Assembly: GCF_000175255.2 (NCBI RefSeq)
Contig: NC_017262.1
Span: 1,320,001-1,352,000, forward strand
DNA: 32,000 nucleotides
Origin: Zymomonas mobilis subsp. mobilis ATCC 10988
Lineage (GTDB): Bacteria; Pseudomonadota; Alphaproteobacteria; Sphingomonadales; Sphingomonadaceae
Direction of reading: 5' to 3'
The notes under the pieces are model-generated. The model was not told the origin of the DNA and made no database searches. It was given only the letters and a program-made list of their open reading frames with translations. The position numbers and the translations under genes were made by a program. Position 1 is the stretch's first letter, and the number at the start of each line of letters is the position of its first letter. Positions 1 to 8,990 of the stretch are shown one piece after another.

Positions 1-2
1 CT

Positions 3-44
3 TCTTCTGTGACGGCTTCTGCTTCAACTGATTCTAATGAGTGA
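3..44 (+). CDS. 3' end of an upstream ORF, possibly the anti-sigma-28 factor FlgM
   Basis: Open frame SSVTASASTDSNE* running off the left edge and ending at TGA 42-44, overlapping the next ORF start. Assignment to FlgM rests only on context. Confidence 0.25.
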   Translation, partial: SSVTASASTDSNE

Positions 45-348
45 GCTGGCTGAATTAAAAAACGCGATCATTGCCTTGGTGCAAGCCCTTGACGGGCGGA
101 GCGTCGATGACATCGAAGCTGCCTGCGCGGAGGTTTCTGCCGCAGTCAAAAAAGTTAAAGAGCAAGATGCGTGGCATACCACGGATTCTTTGCGTGAATC
201 TTTGCAGACAGCCATGAAGCAGGCCGAAGCAGGCCGGCAGCGTAGTCTTTACAGTGCCGATATGATGCAAAAGCTGTTAAGTCAGATGGCTATTTATGGC
301 TTAACAGATGCGCCTTTGGCTTATCGTCGCACAGGCAAATTTTCATAA
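37..348 (+). CDS. Small helical protein, probable FlgN-like flagellar export chaperone
   Basis: 103 aa, charged helical protein (LAELKNAIIALVQAL...SLRESLQTAMKQAEAG) overlapping an upstream frame and preceding flagellar genes. Context-based call. Confidence 0.4.
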   Translation: MSELAELKNAIIALVQALDGRSVDDIEAACAEVSAAVKKVKEQDAWHTTDSLRESLQTAMKQAEAGRQRSLYSADMMQKLLSQMAIYGLTDAPLAYRRTGKFS

Positions 349-394
349 TTTTCTGACAGCCCTAGTTATTTTCCTTACCCAACTGTCAACTTTG

Positions 395-420
395 CCGTCA
401 CTTTACCGCGAAAGTGACGG
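395..420. terminator. Strong inverted repeat, possible terminator downstream of the FlgN-like ORF
   Basis: CCGTCACTTT (395-404), loop ACCGCG, AAAGTGACGG (411-420): perfect 10-bp stem. No immediate long U tract. Confidence 0.4.
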
Positions 421-645
421 ATTTCCCCGCTAGCTTCCCGATATTATTTTTACTCCGAAATGGACGGCCAATAAAGTCTCCTCAGCGCATTTTTGTCCCA
501 AAATGCAATGTAATGAGGATTTTGGTATATAAAAATATCCTTTTTTATATAAAAATTTCACTAATAAATGTAGAGAGCATAAAAAAGAACGTTTTATTTT
601 TCTAAATATTATGTTGTTTTTTTGTTTAAAAATCTTAACAAATTA

Positions 646-660
646 TGGCACAAAAATTGC
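646..660 (+). promoter_or_regulatory. Sigma-54 (RpoN) -24/-12 promoter upstream of flhA
   Basis: TGGCAC-aaaaa-TTGC followed by T: matches the TGGCAC-N5-TTGC consensus at all fixed positions, about 100 nt upstream of flhA ATG. Confidence 0.8.
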
Positions 661-761
661 TTACCTTCAGAGATAAATCTAAAAAATGTCGTAAATTTGG
701 CAGGAGCGGGGATGACCGGCAAAGGCAAAATTAGTCGTCTTTTGAAAAAGGAAAGTATTTA

Positions 762-2885
762 ATGGCTACCGCAGCGGTCAGAAAAACGATCTGGCTTGCC
801 GCTGGACGCACGGCTATCTTGCCTGTGGCTATTTTGGTTCTGGTGGGATTAATGGTTGTGCCGGTGCCAACAGCGGTGTTGGATATCGGCTTTATTTCCA
901 ATATCACGATTTCGCTGGCGGTCTTGATGGTGTCGTTGAATGCTGCCAAACCATTAGACTTTTCTTCTTTCCCGACCGTTTTGCTTTTTGCCACACTGTT
1001 ACGACTGTCGCTTAACGTAGCCTCAACCCGCGTTGTTTTGGTAAATGGTCATACTGGCGCAAATGCGGCAGGCATGGTGATTGAATCCTTCGGTCATTTT
1101 TTGATCGGGGAACATTATGTTGTCGGGATTTTCATCTTTGCCATTTTGATGATTATCAACTTGGTCGTTGTGACCAAGGGGGCAGGGCGCGTTTCAGAAG
1201 TCTCTGCCCGTTTTACCTTGGACGCAATGCCGGGTAAACAGATGGCGATTGATGCCGATTTAAATGCTGGTTTAATTACACCTGAAGAAGCCAAAAACAG
1301 AAGACAGGAAGTCGCGACCGAGGCTGGTTTCTATGGCTCAATGGATGGTGCTTCTAAATTTGTGAAGGGGGACGCTGTCGCGGGCGTTCTTATTCTTTTG
1401 GTCAATATTATTGGCGGCCTTATCTTAGGCGTTTTTAGCTATAATATGACCCTTAGCGATGCGGCATCAAATTATGTCCAGCTGGCTATCGGTGATGCTT
1501 TGGTCGCACAGATACCATCTTTTCTGTTGTCTTTTGCAACAGCCTCGATTGTTACCCGCGTTACATCCAGCTTTGACTTGACCGGCCAGATTGTTAGTCA
1601 GTTTAACTCTGCCCGAGCATGGACACCTGTTGCGGTTATTCTGGGTTTTTTAGGCATTGTTCCGGGCATGCCGCATTTTGTTATTTTACCTGCTGCGGGT
1701 CTTTCCGGCTGGACGGCGTGGAAATTGCACAAATCTGCCCAAGCCGAAGCCGCCAAAAAAGAAGCACCGCCGCCTGTCGTGGTGCCAGATACGCCACCGC
1801 CTGTTTCGTGGAATGATGTTTCTGATGGGGCGGTTTTGTCTTTAGAAATTGGCTATGGTCTTATTCCATTGGTGGATGACCGTAAAAAAGCGCCTCTTAT
1901 GGCGCGTGTTACCGGTATTAGACGGCAATTATCCCGCGATTTAGGCTTTGTTATCCCCTTGGTGCGTGTGCGTGATAACCTCTCACTAGGGGCAAACAGC
2001 TATCGGATTAGCGTTTCCGGTGTGGTGACTGGCGAAGATGAAGTCTGGCCAGATCAACTTATGGCGCTCAATAATGGTGATGCGGATGGCACATTAGTAG
2101 GCCGCGTTTCAAAAGATCCTACTTTTGGTCTGAATGCGGTCTGGATTCCTGAAAATCGCCGTTCTGATGCTATTGTAGCGGGTTATACAGTGGTTGATGC
2201 AGCAACAGTTATTGCAACCCATCTTAATCAGTCTATTATCAATAACGCCGCTGATCTTTTTGGCATGGATGATGCCCAAAAATTACTTGATATGTTGAAA
2301 GAAACCGCTCCCCAGCTTGTATCTGCCGTGACGCCTCAACCGTTATCTTTGGCAGTGATTACGCTGATTTGCCGCTCTCTGTTATGGGAAGGTGTTTCTC
2401 TTCACGAATTCCGGCGTATTGTTGAAGCGATGGTTGATGCTGTCCGAGAGGAAACGGAACCGAATGCCCTGTTGGAAGCGATCAGAATACGTATTGGTGG
2501 TATCATCGTTCAGTCGATCGTTCCTGTAAAAATGCCTTTGCCAGTGGTTACTTTTGAACCCAAGTTAGAGGCGTTGCTTTCTCAAGGCGTGCGTTCAGGC
2601 CCCCAAGCCGCTCATCCTTTTGAACCCGCCTTGGCAAACAGGATTGTGACCGCACTTGAATCGGCAGCCCAGCCGCTTTTGTCGAATGGGCAGCGTTTTG
2701 CAATTGTGACCTCGCCGGTTATCCGGCGACCTTTGGCACGTTTGCTTAAACCGCATTTTTCTGAAATTTCTGTGCTGTCTTTTCTTGAAATCCCAGATGG
2801 AAAGCCGGTAGAGGTCGTTGCCGTGGTTGGGGATGGCCAATCATCACATTCGATACCAGCAAATAATGCGGAGGCGGTGTCCTAA
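762..2885 (+). CDS. flhA: Flagellar biosynthesis export gate protein FlhA
   Basis: 707 aa. Multi-TM N-terminus with VVTKGAGRVSEVSARFTLDAMPGKQMAIDADLNAGLI (FHIPEP region) and a conserved cytoplasmic domain. Confidence 0.97.
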   Translation: MATAAVRKTIWLAAGRTAILPVAILVLVGLMVVPVPTAVLDIGFISNITISLAVLMVSLNAAKPLDFSSFPTVLLFATLLRLSLNVASTRVVLVNGHTGANAAGMVIESFGHFLIGEHYVVGIFIFAILMIINLVVVTKGAGRVSEVSARFTLDAMPGKQMAIDADLNAGLITPEEAKNRRQEVATEAGFYGSMDGASKFVKGDAVAGVLILLVNIIGGLILGVFSYNMTLSDAASNYVQLAIGDALVAQIPSFLLSFATASIVTRVTSSFDLTGQIVSQFNSARAWTPVAVILGFLGIVPGMPHFVILPAAGLSGWTAWKLHKSAQAEAAKKEAPPPVVVPDTPPPVSWNDVSDGAVLSLEIGYGLIPLVDDRKKAPLMARVTGIRRQLSRDLGFVIPLVRVRDNLSLGANSYRISVSGVVTGEDEVWPDQLMALNNGDADGTLVGRVSKDPTFGLNAVWIPENRRSDAIVAGYTVVDAATVIATHLNQSIINNAADLFGMDDAQKLLDMLKETAPQLVSAVTPQPLSLAVITLICRSLLWEGVSLHEFRRIVEAMVDAVREETEPNALLEAIRIRIGGIIVQSIVPVKMPLPVVTFEPKLEALLSQGVRSGPQAAHPFEPALANRIVTALESAAQPLLSNGQRFAIVTSPVIRRPLARLLKPHFSEISVLSFLEIPDGKPVEVVAVVGDGQSSHSIPANNAEAVS

Positions 2886-3707
2886 ATGTCCTTAAAAGTG
2901 ACACGCAACCTTCAAGTCATCGCTGTTGCCAGTGGCAAGGGCGGTGTTGGCAAAACCAATGTGATTGCCAATCTGACGGCAGCGCTTTCTAAAATAAAGC
3001 AGCGCACTCTGTTACTGGATTGTGATCTGGGCATGGCTGATGCCGGTATTGTGCTAGGCATGAATTCTGATCGAACGATTGAAGATATTCTAACCGGCAG
3101 GCGGCAATATGAAGATGTCGTGCAACAAGGGGTCTTTGGACTGAATTTGGTGCCGGGGGTCAATGGCGCTGGGCGTATCATGGAAATGGACGCGGTTGCC
3201 AAACGCCGATTGGTTGATAGTTTGCGCCCTTGGACAAAGTCTTTTGACTATATTCTGCTAGATAATCCTAGCGGCGCTTCCTCCAGTTCGCTTTCTTTGA
3301 TGGCTTCTGCCGATCAGGTGATTTTGGTTCTGTCTTCTGAACCGACATCTTTTATGGATGGCTATGCCCTTATCAAGCTGTTGGCGCTTGAATATAAGGT
3401 GAAAGAGATTCTGGTCGTCACCAATATGGTCGAGGATGAAACCGATGGGCGCGATCTATTTCGGCGTTTTTCGGATGTTTCCGCCCGTTTTCTTGGCATA
3501 AAACTGCATCATTTGGGTTCAGTGCCTCGGGATTCTCATATTCGTGAAGCGGTATTAAGAAAACGCTGCTGTCTGGATTTATTCCCCAGATCACGGGCAT
3601 CAGAAGCCTTTGAACGCTTAGCGCATCGGCTTAATGACTATAGCTTGCTCAAGAAAACAAAGCGTAGCAATTTCTTTTCCAGCTTGGAGATGGTGAGTGC
3701 ATCTTAA
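2886..3707 (+). CDS. flhG: MinD/ParA-family ATPase FlhG (FleN)
   Basis: 273 aa. Deviant Walker A GKGGVGKTN, LLLDCDLGMADAGIVLG, and DYILLDNPSG. Starts immediately after the flhA stop. Confidence 0.9.
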   Translation: MSLKVTRNLQVIAVASGKGGVGKTNVIANLTAALSKIKQRTLLLDCDLGMADAGIVLGMNSDRTIEDILTGRRQYEDVVQQGVFGLNLVPGVNGAGRIMEMDAVAKRRLVDSLRPWTKSFDYILLDNPSGASSSSLSLMASADQVILVLSSEPTSFMDGYALIKLLALEYKVKEILVVTNMVEDETDGRDLFRRFSDVSARFLGIKLHHLGSVPRDSHIREAVLRKRCCLDLFPRSRASEAFERLAHRLNDYSLLKKTKRSNFFSSLEMVSAS

Positions 3708-4440
3708 TGATTTTGACGCTTCCGATCCCTCGCCAGATATCTACAGCCGCAACCCGTCAAAAAAGAATGTCGAAGCGTTAATCAAAACCCATCTTCAACT
3801 GGTTCGGAAAATTGCATGGCATGTACATGGCCGTGTTTCTTCTGCGATTGAAGTGGAAGACTTGATACAAATTGGCATGGTTGCTTTGATAGAGGCGGCC
3901 AATGCCTTTGAAAATCGGGGTTTTGCCTTTGCAACCTACGCCTCGATGCGGATAAGGGGCGCGATGATTGACTATATGCGTCAACATGCGGCCACGGCCC
4001 GTTCCAGTATTGTTCGCCAAAAAACCTTGAACAAAGCGCGTGAAGAGTTATCTGCGACGCTTGGTCGTCGTCCCGAAGAGGCTGAAATAGCTGAAAAGCT
4101 GAATATGTCTCCCAGCGAATATCGCGAATGGGCGGATGGGGCGATCAATATTCGGCAAGAATCTTTAGACGACGTTTATTCCGATCATTCCAGCATATTC
4201 ACCGACGATAATGCCGATCAAGCAAGCGAGATGGAACGCGAGGCGTTGCAATCGGCTTTGGCTGAACAGATCAAAACTCTACCAGAGCGGGAGGCCTTGG
4301 TTTTACAGCTTTATTATGTCGAAGAATTAAACCTGAAAGAAATCGGGGAAGTGCTTGATCTAGGCACAGCCAGAATTAGCCAAATCAAAAAATCGGCAGT
4401 CGATCATTTGCGCCCAAAAATGACAGATTGGCAGCATTAA
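3697..4440 (+). CDS. fliA: RNA polymerase sigma factor for flagellar genes (sigma-28, FliA)
   Basis: 247 aa with GTG start overlapping flhG. Region 2 (VEDLIQIGMVALIEAANAFE...FATYASMRIRGAMIDYMR) and region 4 (LPEREALVLQLYYVEELNLKEIGEVLDLGTARISQIKKSA). Confidence 0.95.
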   Translation: MHLNDFDASDPSPDIYSRNPSKKNVEALIKTHLQLVRKIAWHVHGRVSSAIEVEDLIQIGMVALIEAANAFENRGFAFATYASMRIRGAMIDYMRQHAATARSSIVRQKTLNKAREELSATLGRRPEEAEIAEKLNMSPSEYREWADGAINIRQESLDDVYSDHSSIFTDDNADQASEMEREALQSALAEQIKTLPEREALVLQLYYVEELNLKEIGEVLDLGTARISQIKKSAVDHLRPKMTDWQH

Positions 4441-4570
4441 AAAGATAATAAAAATATAAATTCAATAAAAATAAGTAGAATTGATCCAATATTAAAAAAG
4501 CTATTATCTATCAAAAGATTTATTTTTTCTTAATGCAAGGCAAACTACGGCCTTTTAGGGGAACTTTAAT

Positions 4571-5266
4571 ATGGAACAGGGCGAAAATATAAATATCACT
4601 AATCCAAAGGTTGCAATCGCGGTTATTGCACCAGGTGACATGATCTTGGTTGAATTCTCAATCAGTGCGATGGGCATGATTCAACATGCCAAAGATTTGG
4701 ATACCAATATAATTTGTGGTCGTTCCTCGGTATTGGCTGGTGCCAAAAATATAGCCGTTAAAGATGCGCTTAATTGGGGTGCTGATTATATTCTTTTATT
4801 ATCCGGCGATATCACTTTCCCTAATAATGCTCTGCACCATCTTTTGGCACAGAAAAAAGACATTATTGGTGCAACCTACCCAAAACCTATTGCTCCCTAT
4901 AATTTATTGGGTATCGCCGATGATAATCAAGATCAGGCAGAATTAGAAAAAGGCCTGTTGAAAATGCGCTATATGCCGGGCGGTTTCTTATTAGTAAAAA
5001 TGGATGTTTTCAAAAAACTCGATCCTAATCTACCGCATTTTTATTATGATGTTTTCCAAGATGACGTGATGGGCGACGACTTTGTTTTTTGTGATCGCGT
5101 CCGTGAATTGGGCTATGATATCTGGTGCGATACTAATTTGTCAGCCGAAATAGGCCGCATTGGTCAACGGGTCTATCATATGCCAGAAATTGAAGAACGT
5201 CGCTTATTGATGGAGCGGGAATTATTGGAAAAAGAGAAAGAAAAATTACTGCCGCCTTCTGCCTAA
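4571..5266 (+). CDS. Glycosyltransferase-like protein (GT-A fold family), paralogue of the next gene; DxD motif degenerate
   Basis: 231 aa. ADYILLLSGDITFPNNALHHLL aligns with ADYLFFLDSDMDIPPDTITRLL of the neighbouring ORF. Shared DIIG, GxLLxxMxVF and GDDFVFCDR/GEDYVFSVK segments. Confidence 0.6.
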   Translation: MEQGENINITNPKVAIAVIAPGDMILVEFSISAMGMIQHAKDLDTNIICGRSSVLAGAKNIAVKDALNWGADYILLLSGDITFPNNALHHLLAQKKDIIGATYPKPIAPYNLLGIADDNQDQAELEKGLLKMRYMPGGFLLVKMDVFKKLDPNLPHFYYDVFQDDVMGDDFVFCDRVRELGYDIWCDTNLSAEIGRIGQRVYHMPEIEERRLLMERELLEKEKEKLLPPSA

Positions 5267-5322
5267 TTTTTTAGGCTACTTGGCCAGATTTCTTTTTTCC
5301 GCTTTGCTGCAAGGATTGTCTG

Positions 5323-5949
5323 ATGACAGCCAACAAGCCCGATCTGCCTATAAAAATTGCCATTTGTTTTCCATCAGGGCCTATGGTGCATGTCGATTTT
5401 ATGATTTCGACCGCTATCATGATGCAACATACCCCTGATGTTGAATTCATCCTGATTAACAATAAATCGCCGAATATCGCTGTTTCCCGTAATGCCTGCG
5501 TGGCTATGGCACAGGAAGCAAAAGCCGATTATCTCTTCTTTCTCGACAGTGATATGGATATCCCCCCCGATACCATCACAAGATTATTATCTCATGACAA
5601 AGATATTATCGGGGTTAACTATCGTAAAAGAACTGAAAACATTTTATTTTCGGGAGTTGAAAGTGTTAACAAATTTGAAGATTTAACAGATCATGGATTA
5701 TTACCAGCACTATTTATTCCAACAGGCTGTTTACTGATTAGAATGTCGGTTTTTGACCATCTGTTTCGCCCTTATTTTTTATTCGCGCTGCGTGACTTTG
5801 AGGATAACGAGGAAAAGGCTATCTTCGGAGAAGATTATGTTTTTAGCGTCAAGGCGATGGCTGCTGGATATAAATTATGGTTTGATATGGATGTTACTCA
5901 GAAAGTAAAACATATCGGCCAATTACCTTATACACTTGGCTCTGACTGA
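5323..5949 (+). CDS. Glycosyltransferase-like protein (GT-A fold family)
   Basis: 208 aa. FLDSDMDIPPDT contains a DxD-type motif, with downstream GEDYVFSVKAMAAGYKLWFD and KHIGQ. Tandem paralogue of 4571..5266. Confidence 0.7.
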   Translation: MTANKPDLPIKIAICFPSGPMVHVDFMISTAIMMQHTPDVEFILINNKSPNIAVSRNACVAMAQEAKADYLFFLDSDMDIPPDTITRLLSHDKDIIGVNYRKRTENILFSGVESVNKFEDLTDHGLLPALFIPTGCLLIRMSVFDHLFRPYFLFALRDFEDNEEKAIFGEDYVFSVKAMAAGYKLWFDMDVTQKVKHIGQLPYTLGSD

Positions 5950-5980
5950 ATTTTTCAAAATTTATATAATATATTAAAAA

Positions 5981-6010
5981 AGCCGCCCGAAATTCGGGCG
6001 GCTTCTTTTT
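5981..6010. terminator. Bidirectional rho-independent terminator between the convergent glycosyltransferase-like gene and the flagellin gene
   Basis: AGCCGCCCGAA-A-TTCGGGCGGCT stem flanked by A-run upstream (5976-5981) and TTCTTTTTT downstream. Confidence 0.85.
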
Positions 6011-6039
6011 TGTTCTTTTGAAACTGTTTAAAGTAACAA

Positions 6040-6963
6040 TTACTTCAACAGGGACAGAACATTCTGCTGAGACTGGTTAGCCTGTGCCAGCATAGCGGTG
6101 GAAGCCTGGCTCAGGATCTGAGAACGGGCCAGATTGGTCGTTTCAGAAGAGTAATCGGTATCTTCGATACGGCTACGAGCATCAGACAAGTTCGTAACAT
6201 TGGTGGTCAGGTTGTTGACGACCGAGTTCAGGCGGCTTTCGGAAGCACCAAGACCTGCACGGATTTTGTTAACTGAAGTCAAGGCCTTGCTAATCGTGTC
6301 AAGTGCTGCAAGAGCACCAGTTGAAGTCGAAACAGTCAAACCAGGTTTTTGGCCGCCGCTGGGGGGGGTGCCGGTGCCGGGGACGCCGCTGTTCATGACT
6401 ATTGACAAATCAGTAAGCGCACTGATCGTAATAGTTACCTGATCGGTTGACGTAGCATTGGTTGCACCAGTCTGAATTTTAAAGCTTGTAGCAGGTTTAG
6501 ATGCAACTGCTGTAGTAGTACCGTCGCTACCCACTGTAACTACAGCGCTGGCAAAGAGAGCCGAACCATTAAATTTTGTGCCCGTGACAACCTGTTTGAT
6601 CTGACCCTGAAGCTGCTTAACTTCAATGTCCATATCAGTGCGATCAGTGTCCCGATAGGTGCCGTTGGCAGACTGAACGGCCAGCTGGTTGATACGCTGC
6701 ACCATGTTGGTGATTTCACCCAAAGCACCGTCAGCGGTCTGAGCCAAAGAAATACCATCATTGGAGTTCTTGATAGCCTGATTCATACCATTGATCTGGG
6801 CGGTCATGGAGCTTGAAATAGCAAGACCAGCAGCGTTATCGGAAGCACTGTTGATGCTCTTACCGCTGGACAAACGCGTCATGGAGGTGTTCAGGTTGTT
6901 GTCAGCTAAACGGGAAGCATTCTGGGCGCGAAGAGCACTGGTGTTGGTATTAATAACGGTCAC
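6040..6963 (-). CDS. fliC: Flagellin (FliC)
   Basis: Conserved flagellin N-terminus [51 protein letters not shown] and C-terminus [43 protein letters not shown]. The provided ORF begins at 6981, but GTG at 6963-6961 preceded by AGAAGGAAT (SD) gives the canonical start MTVINTN. Confidence 0.96.
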   Translation of the reverse strand: MTVINTNTSALRAQNASRLADNNLNTSMTRLSSGKSINSASDNAAGLAISSSMTAQINGMNQAIKNSNDGISLAQTADGALGEITNMVQRINQLAVQSANGTYRDTDRTDMDIEVKQLQGQIKQVVTGTKFNGSALFASAVVTVGSDGTTTAVASKPATSFKIQTGATNATSTDQVTITISALTDLSIVMNSGVPGTGTPPSGGQKPGLTVSTSTGALAALDTISKALTSVNKIRAGLGASESRLNSVVNNLTTNVTNLSDARSRIEDTDYSSETTNLARSQILSQASTAMLAQANQSQQNVLSLLK

Positions 6964-7045
6964 AAATAAATTCCTTCTCAAAAATTAGAGCCGTTAGAGA
7001 GGGGCAGCAGGACTAAATTTGTTGTCCGTGACCGCCATAAATTGA

Positions 7046-7071
7046 GTAACGGCTTATCCCGATTTTTTTTA
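7046..7071 (-). promoter_or_regulatory. Candidate sigma-28 promoter for flagellin
   Basis: On the minus strand: TAAA (7071-7068), N14, GCCGTTAC (7053-7046). Resembles TAAA-N15-GCCGATAA, located about 80 nt upstream of the flagellin GTG. Confidence 0.45.
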
Positions 7072-7664
7072 AATTTATGCTTTCACTATTTTTAATTTTT
7101 AGAAGGAAATTTATCGTAACTAACTGTAATTTAATGATTTTATTTTTTTAATTTCGATTTTAAGGACAAAAGCCCAAGCCATAGAAAAATAACAGATGGC
7201 TAATTTTAAAATAAAAAGAGGGGCAACTTTACTATAAAAATACTCTACCCAAATACTGTCGGAATTTTGACAGGCTTCTACTAACCCATTCTTGCCTTAT
7301 CAGAGCTAGGTGTCATTTTTTAATCAGCCTTATCCAAAATAGAGCTATCTTTTAAAAAGCCTTTACAATCATAACTGCCTAAACGCCCTTAGCGGATTCT
7401 GACTGATCGCGTCCTTTTGAGACATCCAAGTCTTTGAAAATATTCTAAAATAGCCCCGATTACGGGTTATATACCCCAATAAGTCAGCAACATTTCGTCA
7501 AAAAATCTTCCTGGATTTCAGGCTGCAAAAGGTTTTTTGACGGTAAAGCCGAAACAATAAAAATAAAATGGCATAGTTTTTGCTTTTCCAACAATCACGG
7601 TCGGGTGACTGTAAAAACAGCATTCGGCGGATGGAAGCATCCTTTTAAGAAGGCGGAAATCCTG

Positions 7665-8990
7665 ATGGAAAAAAACAGGGGAAAACAAGGCCAGATCGAA
7701 AGTCTGGCAGATGCGGCTATAGGTGTCAGCCCCATTGTGGCTGAACAAATGCCTGCATTGGCACCATGGCTGAATAGTCTGGGACTAAGCTGCGCTCCAT
7801 TGGGGAAAACACCTTCAGCCTTTATTATCCGTCTGCTTTCACCACAAGAGCGGCATTTAGCTGGTCAACGCGACGTTCTCATCCATTTCCGAGAAGATTT
7901 ACCCAAACTGAAATTCCATCGGGCAGGGAAACCTGCTGAAATCAGCTTTGGTTCTTCGGATTGCTCTTTTGGCTTTGCTCTGATCGCTGGATTGGTCAGA
8001 CCGGCTGGACGGCCTGCTGTCGGGGATAAACAAACCGTCGACCTGTTAAATATCGCTGCCCGTATTGCTGATAGTAATGCGACTATCTTGGTACAGGGTG
8101 AAACCGGTACCGGAAAAGAAGGTCTCGCCCGCTTCATTCATCAAATGTCGCCCCGCGCTAATCAGGCCTTTATTCCGGTTAATTGCGCGGCTTTGCCTGA
8201 AACGATGCTGGAAGCAATGCTCTTCGGTTATACGAAGGGTAGCTTTACGGGGGCATTGGCCGATAACAAAGGCCTCTTTCGCTCGGCTAATGGCGGCACG
8301 CTTCTATTGGACGAGATCTCGGAATTACCGCTTGGATTGCAAGCCAAGCTATTGCGTGTTCTCCAAGAACAAGAAGTTCTCCCTATCGGGGCTTCTGAAC
8401 CTTGTCCGATCAATGTCAGAATTATCGCGGCGGCTAATCGTGACTTGGCGCAAGAAGTGGCAGCAAAAAATTTCCGTGCGGATCTTTATTGGCGGCTCAA
8501 TGTTGTGCCGGTAACTTTGTTGCCGTTGGCACATCGGAAACAGGATATCCGCGTTTTGGCGGCGGCTCTTTTGTTGCGCCATGCTCCGGCTGATACAGAT
8601 TTCCCGTGGCTCACGAATGCTGCCCTTGATCTTTTGCAAAAACATAGCTGGCCGGGGAATGTTCGCGAACTAGAGAATTGTTTGCAACGGGCTATTCTAT
8701 TGCATCGGGGTATGCGGATTGAAGCCAGCGATCTCTTGATTGACTCTGCTGATATGACGCTACCTTTATCTGATAATAAGCTGGTCGGTATGATGTCACC
8801 GCCCGCTGAAAATCACAGCAAGAAGAATATCTCTTTTGGTCTGGCTGATGCCGCCCGCGCGGCAGAACATAAAGTAATTGAAGAAGCCCTGCTGGCTACC
8901 AATGGTCACCGTCGTCAAGCCGCTCAAAGGCTGGGGATCAGTGAAAGAACCCTGCGGTATCGGCTCGCGGATATGCGCGCCGCTTCATAA
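7665..8990 (+). CDS. Sigma-54-dependent transcriptional activator of flagellar genes (FlbD/FleQ/FlrC-like), AAA+ plus Fis-type HTH
   Basis: Walker A GETGTGKE, GYTKGSFTGA (GAFTGA loop variant), GGTLLLDEI Walker B, C-terminal LLATNGHRRQAAQRLGISERTLRYRL HTH. ATG 7665 has an upstream AGAAGGCGG; the provided ORF begins at 7605. Confidence 0.88.
   Translation: MEKNRGKQGQIESLADAAIGVSPIVAEQMPALAPWLNSLGLSCAPLGKTPSAFIIRLLSPQERHLAGQRDVLIHFREDLPKLKFHRAGKPAEISFGSSDCSFGFALIAGLVRPAGRPAVGDKQTVDLLNIAARIADSNATILVQGETGTGKEGLARFIHQMSPRANQAFIPVNCAALPETMLEAMLFGYTKGSFTGALADNKGLFRSANGGTLLLDEISELPLGLQAKLLRVLQEQEVLPIGASEPCPINVRIIAAANRDLAQEVAAKNFRADLYWRLNVVPVTLLPLAHRKQDIRVLAAALLLRHAPADTDFPWLTNAALDLLQKHSWPGNVRELENCLQRAILLHRGMRIEASDLLIDSADMTLPLSDNKLVGMMSPPAENHSKKNISFGLADAARAAEHKVIEEALLATNGHRRQAAQRLGISERTLRYRLADMRAAS

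Noticed and set aside
6040-6981. Flagellin start at 6981 as given in the ORF track ([13 protein letters not shown])
   Set aside because: The first codons overlap the AGAAGGAAT Shine-Dalgarno. GTG at 6963 gives the canonical N-terminus.
7140-7600. AT-rich spacer between flagellin and the sigma-54 activator gene screened for ncRNA, CRISPR or toxin-antitoxin
   Set aside because: No repeated units, no convincing hairpin-plus-U-tract and no ORF with protein-like character beyond a weak antisense ORF at 7518..7748.
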